Below, piece after piece: positions 40,602 to 56,074 of a stretch of 64,000 nucleotides of DNA (its first letter is position 1; every line of letters begins with the position of its first letter). A program made the position numbers and the translations under genes. The DNA is from the human T2T-CHM13v2.0 reference genome, Homo sapiens. Where the stretch lies: the NCBI RefSeq assembly GCF_009914755.1, contig NC_060929.1; one strand, written 5' to 3'. A model generated the notes under the pieces. The model made no database searches, was not told the origin of the DNA, and was given only the letters and a program-made list of their open reading frames with translations.

Positions 40602-42649
40602 GGCCACCCTTTATAACAAGACTGCTTGACTTCGATGATGATTTTCTTTCTGAAGCTATCTGGGGGGCATTTGTATTGGTTTTGTGGGTGGCATTTTAGA
40701 AAGAAAATGTGATCTTTATAGAAAAGAAGGAAGAAAAAGATGCAGTTCCTCAAGAGGAAGGGATGAATGATGAGGCTGGACACAGAGCTCGCAGGTTCCT
40801 TTCAGTGCATCAGATACACCCAAAGATATGCAGTTGGGTTTCCATATAAGAGAAGAAGGGTGGGGTTGGAAAAGAGAAACAATTCTCTATTTTCTTTACT
40901 GATGACCCATGACAGTTGTGGAAGGGGGGGCAAAAGAGAGGGGGGAAACGAGGCAGGAGGGGGGAAACAGAGGGGTCTTTCAGTGACAGAGCAAGGAAAA
41001 TGGCAAATTATCCATGGTTTCTAGAAATCCGTGGAGGCCCCCTCGGCCCCTGCCCTGCTAAATACAGTGCCGTCTGTATGCATTTCCCAATTTGGAGATG
41101 TCGGCTTGAATATTGCTCAGCATTGTCTGCTGATGGGTTTGGTGGAGTGCAATCTGCCTACATGCGGGTTGAGTCCTGGGCTCCAGCGGAAGCTCTGGCA
41201 CACATCTCCTTTATTCTGTGCTATGTCCAAAATGCCTCCCCAAATGACACTGGGCAATTCTGCAGCCAAACACATTATTTCCACAAGCATCTGTCAAGTT
41301 TGATTGGGGTTCTCTAGCCTGCACTGGTATGGGGGGACAGCATGTGCTTGGGTTGGCCAAGGTTTGAAGTGTGTTCGTGGTTAGGGCCAGTCTTGGGTGA
41401 AACAATGTCCTTTTTGTGCCCAAAGGCCAGTGGGGGAGGCGAGGGGGGTGTGCACACTTGTGCAGGGAGGGCCCACGAGGGAGGGTGCAGGCCCTGAAGA
41501 GGGGGTAGGTGGAGGTGATTGCCCCACCCTTCCTCAGCAGTGAGGCCTGCAGTCATTTTCACATCAGCTGCTAGAGGCTGCGAATCCTTCCAGACCCACC
41601 TTCAAAGCCTCTGAGTTTGGTTCTCTTAGAGTACTTGAAGTTAAATCTTCTGTGCTCAGATAAAAACAAAAACCCTAACCATAGCCCTGCTGTTGCTGTC
41701 ACTAGGTTTAGCTCCCCAAATCCAGGCTGCACCTGCCACAGGAAGTTGCTAAAGCCAGGGTGAATTTTCCTGAGCAGTTTCATTTTTGCCAGCTTCATTT
41801 TTGAATTCTTGAGAAGGTCTTTACTAGAGATTATAAACACATTCCCACCCACCCCCCGGCCCTCCGCATCCCTGGATGCTTGTGGGTCAAGTGTGGGAAA
41901 ACTGTGTGAGGGTGTTTTCTTCTGTGTGTACAAAAGAAGTCACAGTGAAATGTATCCTAATGGAATCTGACTATTGGTTTATGGAAAGAATTCAGAAATA
42001 AACACAAAAATTGCTAAGTGTTTTCTTTTTGCTTTTCTCTACCTTAACACTCAGCTACATAAATTCATGTTGGGTTCAAATACAAATGCATTTTGTTTGT
42101 AGTAATTAAAATGTTTTAATGAGACAACCATAAAATCCACCATTAATTATTTTATTTCAAACACTTCTGCCTTCTTTTGAACCAGGTCTATTTAGAAATA
42201 ATTTAGAGAGTGGCCTGCAGTTTTATTCTTTCCTCTGCATTATACACAGGAGTGGAGAAGTCATTTATAAATAATTACACAATGTTTTGGGTCTTTGGGC
42301 TTGTATAATATATCAAAGCGATTAGTACACTTATTGTTCCATTGTAAAAGCTTTTTTTCTCCTTTCAGTTTCACTTGCCTTGTCTTCTAGCTAAACCTTT
42401 TTCTGGAAATCTTTTGTCTTCTTCATTCTTTTTGCTTGTTACAGTCCAGGAGCATTCTTCTTATTCAAACACTCGCAGCAGGGGCAAAGAAAGCGACTTC
42501 GGCCGCATCTTAAGTTTTACCATAACTTTCTGGCATTTTCTTTTCTTCCAGTTTTCCCAGACTACTTAGGGGCAGTGAAGAATTATAACATACATGAATT
42601 ATTAGTACTCCCCTCGAGTTAAAGGGGGAGGAAAGCGCCTCATTTTCTA

Positions 42650-44050
<1,401 letters not shown>

Positions 44051-47000
44051 CGCTGCCTGGCCTGGAAGGATAGGAGGGGCAAGGAGAGAAATGCGAAGTA
44101 AGATTCGATTTTAAAAGTCGTCACCTTAAGAAGCTACAGCCTCTCCCCCTATCGCCCCAAAAGGAGTAAAGAGAAGACAGGAGGGAACTTTAATCAATTT
44201 GATTTTAGAATCTGTTTTGCAGCGAGTAAAGCAGTAATCCCAGGGATAGTAATACGATTAACCAGAGATCTTTGAGTCAGAAAGTCTGGCCGAGTTTAAA
44301 ATGTTAATCCAGGCCCTAATCCGCCCCGTTGGCGGGGGTGGAAGTGCTGCACCACAAGGAGAGATTGTGTTTTCTTCCCCTGCTCTTAAAGAAACATCCG
44401 CGAGGTCCGCACCGGCCCATTTCCAGATCAGGACGAATTCCTTCCCTGGAGTGCGCTCCCAGGGCTGGCGGCCTCAGGGCTACCGGGGGTCAGGGCGTGC
44501 TCTGGATAGGTTTCTCTCCCAGGGAAACCAGGCCCCTGTGGCTGCCTGGGGATGGCGGTGGCCTCCGGGTTAATTCCAAGTGTTTGGAATCTTGCAAAGG
44601 CTTGGAGCAAAATGGAGTTTCAAAGTGGTGGGATTTTGAAGAGATAGAGGCTGGGGTGGCTTTCACGGCCCTGCCCCCCAAATCCCCTTTAAACTGGACA
44701 CATGCGTATCCTCAGGGACAATCTGGTTTTTAAGGTTTTCAGGGTCTTGGGGACTGGAGAAGGGGAATGGCAACCGCACACTCCAGCTGCCAGAGTGTGC
44801 ATCTGCTTATTGGCTTCACGGGAGAAATGTCTGTAGTCTGGGGACCCCTGAGAAATCTCCAAATACTTGTGGCCCGCGAGGGGGCCAGGGTGAGGAGAGG
44901 TGGACTTAGCCTGAGCACTGCTATCCCAGGGTCTCCATACTAACATGCTGTCAGACTCATGGAGCCAACAGACCACCTGCTCTCTGAGGGGTCAAATACT
45001 GAGGCTCTTAATTCCTTTGCCCTCTGGCGCAGGACCCTTCCTCCTCCCCTCCTGGGCCCACACATTGCTTTTTAGGGTTCAGCCTTCTCTGGTCGCTGGT
45101 GGTTCCTCTCTTCTGGCCCAGTTTGACAACACTTTGGGGCGAGTTCGCACCTGGATCTTGCAGCAGGCCTCTAACTTGCCCCAAGTGCTTCCCAAGGCCT
45201 GCTTTCCCTGGAAGGCAGTGTGAGATGCCCAAATGGACCATATGGTTTAGAGCGAGAGCCTTGGAGCCTACAGACAATGGGAAAGTGAGAGGCCCAGGTC
45301 AGTGGCGGAGCTCGGAGCTCGAGAGGCTGCAAACCTCCCTTTCAGCCTAATGAAGCTGTTGTCTGGGGGTAATGATGCAAATGCCTGGGCCCTTTCTTGC
45401 CCGTGGTAGTCTAGAACGTGATTTGTCATACAATCTGAATCTTTGGGAGGACTTTAGACAGAACCTCCCCCAAAGATGGAGATGAGCCATATGTGCACTT
45501 TGCATCTGAAGTGGAGATGGGGGAGGGTGAAGAGGGGACCCCGCCCACTCCGACTTCCCTAAAGGACAGCGTTCTGGCTGGGGCCTGACAGCCAGGAGGA
45601 CGAGGACGTAGACCTCGATAAGCCTAGGGCTGCCTGACCCTGGGGGCTCATGAGTGGGTGCAGAGCCACAACATCTAATCACAAATTAGCAGTGTGTGTT
45701 GGAAAAAAATGTATGCACAATCTGGATATGCTGAGTGGGGTGGTCGTTGCTGCCCCCTCATTCTTTGTACCCCATGCTGGGAGATGAGGACAGAGAAAAG
45801 GACATTCTGAATGAAATACTCCCTTAGTGACAATGCTTAGATTTCACTTCTTTGAGTGCCCCGCTGATGTTAACTGGGGCCTGGATGAACACTTTATGGA
45901 GTATTTCTGAAACAGAATTAGTAAAAGAGAAGCAGGGACCAGGTGACAGGCATCCAGGCCTGGGGAAGGTGGGGACAAAAGAGAGGGGAAGATACAAACC
46001 CAGGTGAGGCAGACAGAAGGAAGGTGGGAAAAGCAGCTCCTTGGTGAGAAAGAGAAAGTTGGCATTGCTCCTTATATAAGGAAGAGAGGCAGCTCCCAAT
46101 TGCAGCTCCAGCTCTGGGCACTGTGGGTTCACCCGAAGTCTGGGGACACAAGGACATTACTCATTGTCAATCTAAGTAAGCCAGGTCACAGTGGAATGAA
46201 TTAATCCAATAGCCCTTTTTGGGGGCAGGGGATGCAATAGAGAGGCACCAGTGCCCCAACATGACTGGAATCGGAATAGCAATGACAGTGAGTGCTGGGA
46301 AAAAAGATGCCTGTGGGTGGAGTCTACAAAGGTGACCTCTCCACATCTGCCCGCAGACTACCCCTTTTTCTTCTGCACCACCCTTTTCCGTACCCTCAGT
46401 GCTTGGCAGTGCCTAGCTTTTTCCAGGTGCCTGTTTGCATGAGCACTGGGAGTGCCCAGGGCCAGGATGCTCAGTGTCAGTCCCTCTTCTTGACTTCATC
46501 ATCATCACCATCATCATTCATATCCTTTGAGTATAGTTGACGCTCAAGGGATATTTGTGGAGGGAATGGATTTGTGCATGGGCACCAGGTGTTCATGCCT
46601 GCATGGATGCTGACATGCATGGATACATGCGTGCACATACATAGCTCTTCCTCACCTTAAGGGGAGAAGAGAAGGGCATGGGGTGTTGGATTGCACCACT
46701 TCTCCAGGATTACTCCACCTCCTATAACCTGAGAGTTGGCCCACAAGTTGGCACCAGCAGCCCCAGGCCCTCTGTGATGGGTGCTCAGCACTTGGCTAGA
46801 AGAGGGCTTGCTGGGTGGGTGTTCATTCACCCATTCTGTGGTTGTGTAACTTTAGGAGATAAAAGTGGAGTGGGATGGGAAATGGAGGCACCGTAATCTG
46901 TGGAGGAGAGGTCCCTAATTACCCCTGCTGCTGGTGGGCGTCAGGCAAGGGCAGATAGAAACCCTGGCCACGCCTTTGCTGCTGCGGATCACTCCCATGG

Positions 47001-48479
47001 CCACAGTTAGTTGTCACCAAGCTGTGCCAAAGCCCTGGCCACATGATACTCTTTCTGCTCCCTCAGACGCCTCCAGCCTCTTCTCTGGACACTGAGGGAG
47101 AGAGAAGTGGGGAGTTGTCACGGTGACAATACCAGCTCTCAAAACCACAAGCTGCTCACCGCAACACCTGCTACCACCCAGAGAGGTGTCCTGGAGTGGG
47201 ATCTGGGAGGTGGCTCTCTTAGGGTTTGGCACAGGGTGGGGTGAGAGTGCTGGGAACCTAGCAGGACCAGATTTTCTGCTAATTTGAGGGCTACGCAGAA
47301 AACTTTGTTTAGAAAAGCAGGAATCTTTCTAGAACATCCCAGTCTTCCTTCTTTCTGGCTTTAACAAATATGTCCCAGGTGCCTGTTTGCATGAGCACCA
47401 GGAGTGCCAGTGTCAGTCCTGCTTGACTTCCTGACTCCATCATCAGCATCACCATTCAGATTTGTATAAAACCATTTGTAAACTAGTTTTGTGAGGGAGA
47501 CACTCAGCTAAGCCCTCAGTATGTGGATTATATTAAATCCAGACACAAACCTGTGACTGGTGTATTTTGTCTGCCTTTAAAATATGGGGAGACTGAGGCT
47601 TGAGGAAGTTAAGACTCATGTCCAAGGTCATAGGGCCAGCAGGCAGCAGAGCCCGGGATGGAACTCAGGGCTCTCTGGCTTCAGTGCCCATGATCTTCAC
47701 CATTCACCATCCTCCTTCTGCCCCATTATGTAAACACCTGCTCTGTGGCCAGCTCCAGCAAGGTGCTGGGGCCGTGGGGATGGAAGCCGTAGTCCCACTC
47801 TGTGAGGGAGGGCAGTCCTCAGCTGTGGAGGTGGGTAGGGCTCTGTGGGGAAGGTGGAGAAGGTCTGTGCTTGTCTGCGGGTTGGCTGCTCTTGTGGGGA
47901 AGGGCCCTGACTATGGGCACACAGGGGACATTGCTGTGTTTGGAGCTGGTCTCTGTTCCTGTTATCTTGGTGAGAATTGGGAGGTCTGGGTTCCCTCTGC
48001 TACCTGGAAAAAATCCCTTTTTGAGCCTCATCTTCTGAATGTCAAAAAGAGATGATGAGGGTGGGAGGTGGAGGGGTATAAGGCATCCTCCAGGGACTTG
48101 GAGACCAGCTAGAGATCTCCAGGATCCTGGGAGCAGCACTGCCTTCAGCTGAGATCTTGGGGAGGCAGCTCCATGTGTGATATTAAACTATCTGCTCTCC
48201 AATCTGTTTTCCCTACCCACACAGGGGGTCGAGTTTATGAGGGGCCCAGAGAACTAAATGGGCAGTTTCTCTAAGCAGTGGAGGGAACATTCGGTTTGGT
48301 GTGGCATTCATGGTTCTAGAGTTTGTGGGCTGTCCTGAGCTTCTTGTCTCTATGTTCCTGCAGAACTCAGCATGACCTTGGCACCAAGAGACCCTAGGTA
48401 GCATATGTTTATAGATTCAGAAGTTGTTCATTCAGTTCTTTTATTCATTCATTGCCATGCTGTTTAATCAACTTTTTCT

Positions 48480-49035
48480 GGGTAAAAGATCACTTAAATT
48501 CCCCACCTAAAACCCTTCAAAAGTTTTTCATTACACTTAGAATACCTCTGTGTCTTCATTTTAAGTGTGATTAACAAGGCTCTGGATTACCTGACCCCTG
48601 CTGACCTGGGAGGGAGGTGGTATCTCAGCCTCATCTCCAGGTCCTCCCCCTTTGCCCTCTGAGCTCCAGCACACTGGCCTTCTCTGCGTTTTTCACACTC
48701 CCCGGGGCTTTGCACTCGTGCTTCCTCCTGCCTGGAGTGCTCCCTGTATTGCTCCTTCTCAGTCTCCAGGTCTGGCCTCAGAAGCCCTCCTGATCCTGGC
48801 CAAAGCCACCCTTCTGGCCCCAGCAGTCACCCCCATCGCATCACACTGTCTCCACTAGCAAGTCAGCTGGGAGCAGTTTATATATTTGTTTACCTGTTCC
48901 TTGTCTGCCTCTTCTACTAAACTGAGAATTCCACATGGTGGCAGTACCTTGTTTAGCTTATTACCTCATGTTCCCAATGTCTAGAACAACTTTTGCCACG
49001 TAAGAGGTGCTCAGTATGTTTTGTCGTTGAATGTG
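48480..49035. mobile_element. L2 fragment
   Basis: CAGCACACTGGCCTTCT...GGGCTTTGCACTCGTGCTTCCTCCTGCCTGGA and an L2-type 3' end. Confidence 0.65.
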
Positions 49036-50243
49036 GACATGGATCTAACGTGTTTTAAATGATAAAGTGACTGCCCTGCCATGACATATGGAAGCTGGGA
49101 AGCTCCAGTCAAATCTGTCTGAAGGGGAGAATGAAGCCTGTGTGAGTGATTTGCTCCACATTTGTGAAGCTATGTGCTTCTAAGTGGGGTGTGTCCAAAG
49201 TGAACATGGGGCATGAGGATGTTTTCTGACTTGGTGGACAGAATATGGAAGACCTGACTTCCATAGGGTGATTTTGTGTCAAGCATGCACCCATGGGAGT
49301 CTCTGAATCATATTGTGTGTGCTCAGAGGAACCCTCTGCACTTGCCAGAGTAAATATGTCTTTTCATTGTGAAAAACAGCCATGCAAGCAGCTTCTCACA
49401 ATGTAGGAAAAGACATGAACAGGGTTTCCAGTCCACATCAGAATGCTCACCAGGGCCAGGGAAGAGGAGGGCCTCCTCAGAGTGAGAGGGCACAGAGCAG
49501 TGGCTGAGTGCGGGGCACACCTGGGTCACAGCATCAGCAGCAAGAGGCCTGGAACTGGCTTTAAGGAAAGCCACTTGTGAGCGCACCTCCATCATTCCCA
49601 GGAAGCACCCTGAGGTATACTTGGGGTGGGGGAGTGTGAGGAGCTCTGGCCCCATTCTAAGTCCTCAGCAGCCCTCTGAGTTGCTCCCCAGCACTCTAAG
49701 TCCTGGCTCTTCCCCGTGAGCACTGGTGGTGGGTCAGCTGAGGGCTGGTGGGAAAAGACTCCACTCCTGCCATCAGAGAGGTGGTGGTTGGCCTGGGGAC
49801 AGGAGGAAAACAGGAGCATGCCAAGGAGCCAGTGAACGAGATGCAGCTCTGCTTACACATGGCCATGCACTCACCTGACACCCGCCAGCCACTGATGCGC
49901 CTCCCAGGGGCCGGGATCACCATGTGAGGTGCTGGGAAACTGGAGAAAACTTCATGGAGCTGCTGTCATGGAGCTCACATTCCCATGAGAAAACAGACCC
50001 CAGTCACATAAATACACACTTCTGATCACAGCAGGTGGCAGCAAGTGCTAAATGTACAGGGTGACATTGTGGGGAAAATCAGGAGAGACCTACCGCAGCT
50101 GGGGTGGCAGGGAAGAACTCTGAGATGACTTGAAGCTGAGACCTTGAAGGATGAGAAGGAGCCAGCCATGGGGTAAGCTAGAGGGAGAGCATTCCAGGCC
50201 GGGCACTAGCAGGTGCAGACTCTGGAGCAGGAACGAGCTTCTA

Positions 50244-50801
<558 letters not shown>

Positions 50802-51164
50802 TCAGACAGGTGGAGTCAGTTGCTAGAGGCCATTGAGTGGTGGCATCGAGTTTGGAACATAAGTTTGATTCAAGAGGCCAAGTTCATAACCACTAGGCGA
50901 TTCTGTCTCCGATTCTGTCTCCCCGTATATAGGGCAATACAAACTGCCACACACCTGCTCAATGGAATGGGACGGAAGAGGGTGATACCAAAGAAAATTG
51001 CAGTGAGGACCTTGGGCTGTTGGAGGGATTGTGTAGAAAGCTGTGTGGACAATCACACGAACAAAAGTCATCATTGAAGCCACATCCCACCCTCAGGAGT
51101 TTGCTCTCTCAGGAGGCGGCATCCAGCAGAGCTAGCGGCCTTAGCTGTCCAGAGGTGGAGAACA

Positions 51165-51178
51165 ACGCCACCTGTTGG
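51165..51178 (-). promoter_or_regulatory. Candidate CTCF site
   Basis: The minus strand reads CCAACAGGTGGCGT. Confidence 0.55.
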
Positions 51179-53824
51179 TTGAATAAGATATGGCCGCACA
51201 ACAACTTGGCATTGATCTGTCACCCATGAAGTGTTTATTAATCATCCATTGGGTACAGGACCCACAGCACTGGGCTGTATGTATAAGACTGTGGGAAGAG
51301 AAGTGGGATGAGAGGTGAGGGGAATGCAGGAGAACTTGGAAGCACAGCTCTGCCGCGCAGAACCGAAAGGTGTGAGTTGGAGCCTGGGCCGCCCATTTCT
51401 GTCCTTTCTTGTGGGTGCCTAAAGATCTGTGAAAATAAACTGAAGGAGAGCGGAAGAAGTGAGGGACCTGGATTGGCCTGAGAAGCTTAGAGAGGCTCCA
51501 TCAAAGAGGCAAAACCTGAGCAAGCAAGGACTTGGAAAAGCAAAATGGTATTTCTGCACACCTGTGAAATGATGTATGTACAAGCTATTTGCTGCAATGT
51601 TATTTGAAATATAAAAGTTGGGAATGGCCCATGTGTCCATCAGTAGAGGTGTGGGAGAATAAAGTATGTAAAAAATGAGCAGGCTCTTTATGCGTTGATA
51701 TGGAAAAGTCTCCAAGGTGTATTGAAAAAGCAACAACACAGCCAGTTTCTCTCCACCTCAATTCCAAAGAGGTGGCTTTTGCTGCTTATTTTACAGGGGG
51801 AGAGGTCACAGTGTAGTTGGTAAGGTCCCCTGATCTTCTGCCTATACCCTGCCTCCATTATCTGCCACTGTCTCAGGCCTAGCCTGGTCTGTCCATATGA
51901 GCAGCTATGGCACTGCACTTTGGGTGCAGAGAATGGGGTTGGGACCATGCCTCAGTTTCCATGAAACTCAGCTTCCTGTCATGACATAAAGCATGATGGG
52001 GGGAGCCTCCTTGGCTATTGCCCCTGCTCCCCAGCTCTTATAACTAGGCTGCGTTTACCTATTTGTGAAATGAGAGGGTTGGGCAAGGTGACCTGCTGGA
52101 GGCCTTCCAGAATTTGGTCTCTACAGCCTTCGTGTTGAACACTTTGGAAAGCTTATGACACTTCTCAGAGAATGGGGTCCAATGATATTCTGGTGGGTGT
52201 GGCCTCCCCCTCTTTCTGTTACAGTAAGAATGACCTCCCTCTGAGCCTTAGCTAGAGACAGTGTGGCTTCATGGAGAGAGTATTAGACAGGGGGCTGGGG
52301 AGGGAGGGCGTTCTAGGCTGTGACTTTGCCCCTTCAGGACCTCAGTGTCTTCATCTGAGTCACTAGGAGGTGGGTGGACAGGGCCCTCCCCAGCCTTGCC
52401 TTTGTAAGAGGCATCCTTGGTTCTATGGTGGCAGGTGCAGAGGCCAAGTCCTCTAGCTCAGCTGATCCCGGTCAGTCTCTCTCCCCTTAGCCTCGAGATG
52501 AGTTTGCTAACACATCTGGTGAGAATGAGTTGGAACTCTGTATCTGTGCAAGTGTCCTGCCGATTACTCAGTAAGTGCTCCATAAAGGGAGGATAGGAGA
52601 TGCAGCAAGGATGGGCTGCAATTGAAACTTTAACATTATCTCCAGGGATTTAGTGTATAAATAAAAATAACAGGCTGGAGAGAAGCCAGGTATCATACAT
52701 CTCTGTTTCTAGACCACACCATATTATATTATGAATTAATATTTTTTAAGAGCCTGACAAAATCTCAGAGATCCTGTGGCAAAATCTCATTAGTTTTGCA
52801 GGAGTTCAAATCATTTATTTATTTCATGTAGACCAGAGATGTGACATTTTGCTTTGGCATTTTGTCCTCTTGAGGACCTCAGCAGATGGGCATGGCTGTT
52901 GTCTGAGGGCCATTGATGGGCTCTCTCCCAACCAGTGGGCCCAGCTGCTGGGGAGCTTCTAGAAGTTGATATGCAGCTATGATCCCAGATGGGACTTGGG
53001 CTAAACTTCCTCACCTGGCACAGCACTGAAAAGGAGTGATGGAGGAGGAAGTGAAGGTGTCCCATGAACTTTTAGGTAACGTCTTTATTTGGAGCATTTC
53101 CAAGCCCTGCATTCACTCTGGAAATCATTTGCCACTTCCAGGGAGCTGTTTGAGCAGCCACGAGGTGGAGCTCAATGCCTGCCTCCCAAGGGCTCCTCTT
53201 CATTCCCGGAAGCCTTTTCCAGACGGGGAGGGTTGGGAGGTGGGTGCAAAAGACTTGGAAAGAAAAGTGCCCAGAGGGCAGCTCACCACCCTCCCTCGCC
53301 CCTGTTCCTTGATGGGGATTGTAGAATCTCTGCCTTGAAGGGAAATCTCTTCTTGACACTCAAACCAGACCCCTTCTGCCCTGCCAAGTTAGCAGGGGTT
53401 TCCTTTCTTCTTTCTGTCCTTCCTTCCGTAAACTGAAGCTTGAAGTGGGTGCCTCATTCTCAGAGCCGATCTGGGGCAGTGTCCAGCTCCCAAGTCTACA
53501 ATTTCTCCTAGTGTGAGTTTCTCTTTGTGTTGAGGTGGCTTTGGTATTTTCCTCAATGGATTGCTGCATTGCATGATTCCACGAGGCAGTTTTGTTTTTT
53601 TTTTTTTTTTTTTTTTTTTGGCAAATGTTGCTCCCTGAAGTCGTGTAAATATGGCAGTCAGTTATTGTATCCCACCAAATGGAGAACTCTGTACTTAGCA
53701 GATACTCTAAATATGTAAAGAAAGAAAATTATTGCTATTAAAAAAGACCTGCTTCCTTTTAAAAAAGAAGTATAAGCACAGGAATAAAAATCAGACATAT
53801 CAAAAGAAGTATAATTAAAAGAAA

Positions 53825-53905
53825 GGCCAAGTGCAGTGGCTCACGCCTGTAGTCCCAACACTTTGGGAGCCCAAGGTGAGAGGACTGCTTGAGCCCAGGA
53901 GTTCC
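53825..53905 (+). mobile_element. Alu left-monomer fragment
   Basis: GGCCAAGTGCAGTGGCTCACGCCTGTAGTCCC...GAGCCCAGGAGTTC. Confidence 0.85.
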
Positions 53906-54029
53906 AGAAAAGAAAGTCTCCCTCTGCTGACTTCAGCTGTCTTCCCTGGAGGCAACCAGTTACTCGGGGGCTCCTCCAGAAATATATGTGCTAGAATGTG
54001 CACAGAATTGTGGGTGCTTTTTAAATTCT

Positions 54030-54714
<685 letters not shown>

Positions 54715-55477
54715 TAACCAAACTCCATAGTTATTCCAATTTCTTTAGTTGTCACTAATGTCACTTTTCCGTTCCAGGATCCCATCCTGGAACCACATTG
54801 TGTTTAGTCATCATGTCTCCTCAGGCTCCTCTTGGCTGTCGAAGTTTCTGGCTTTCTCTGTTTTTGATGACTGTGACAGTTTTGAGGAGTACTGGTCAGG
54901 TATTTTGTAGGATGCTAGAAATGGGCATTTTAAATGATAATACATTGTGTCAAACTATCCTAAAGAATGCCTGGACCAACATTACTTTTGGATCTCAGGA
55001 TTCCCCAGCTGGGTTTTTGTGTACAATCAGTAGGTGACTGGAATAATAAAGAATAGAGTGTGGAGTTCCATTTTATCTGGGGAAATTGGTCAGAGGACAT
55101 TTATTTGGGAGCAGCCCATCTGGGTGGGTCAACTGAAAGCTTCTTGAAGAGGAGGAGGAACATTTCCTACCTCAACATCAGTCTGACCTACAGACTCATA
55201 GATCTTCTCACTAGCTGAGCCCATGCTTTGGAGAAGAGTAGGGGTGCCGGATGTTGGGGCAAAGAGAATTCATCTGGAGCCTGGCAGCTTTGGCTTGACT
55301 CCTTACTTTGCCACCTGTTAGATATGTGGTTCTTCAGAGCCTCAGAGCCTTAGGTTCCTCATCTGCAGAATAGGGACAAGTATTCCTATTATCTGGAAAG
55401 CTGGAGGGTTTCATGAAATAGTCACATATTTCAGGCTGGGTCTGGCATATTTTAGCAGCTCTAGAAATGATAGTTTT

Positions 55478-55509
55478 GATGATGATGATGATGATGACAT
55501 GATGATGAT
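55478..55509. repeat. (GAT)n microsatellite
   Basis: GAT run with one interruption. Confidence 0.85.
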
Positions 55510-55709
55510 TGGCCCAGAGAGGAATTCCAGGCCCAGAGAAAGCAAGAGATCTTTGCTTTTAGAAGCTGCTTATTCTTCATTGAGCTGGAAACACTCCCTT
55601 TCCTATCTGGGAGAGCATATCTGGAGAATGGACTTTTGGGATAAATATGCTCTTTTAGGACAAGTATATTAAACTCACTTCCACTGAGTGGCTTCTTCAG
55701 AAACCTGCC

Positions 55710-56074
55710 TGTATTAGTCTCTTCTCAAGCTGCTAATAAAGACATACCTGAGGAGGGGTAATTTGTACAGAAAAAGAGGTTTAATGGGCTCACAGTTCCG
55801 CATGGCTAGGGAGGCCTCACAATCATGGAGGAAGGTGAAGGAGGATCAAAGGCACGTCTTATATGGCAGCAGGCAAGAGAGTATGTGCAGGGGAACTGCC
55901 CCTTACAAAACCATCAGATCTCATGAGACCTACCCACTATCATGAGAACAGCAAGGGAAAAACCCACCCCCGTGATTTAATTACCTCCCACCAGGTCCCT
56001 CCCACAACACGTGAGGATTATGGGAACTACAATTCAAGATGAGATTTGGGTGAGTACACAGCCAAACCATATCA
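55710..56074 (-). mobile_element. THE1 solo LTR
   Basis: TGTATTAGTC...AAACCATATCA, with perfect TSD CTGCC. Confidence 0.92.

Noticed and set aside
50898-50921. 12-bp tandem duplication CGATTCTGTCTC, with similar short ones at about 12006, 15228 and 25521
   Set aside because: Ordinary slippage events, mostly within or beside old repeats.
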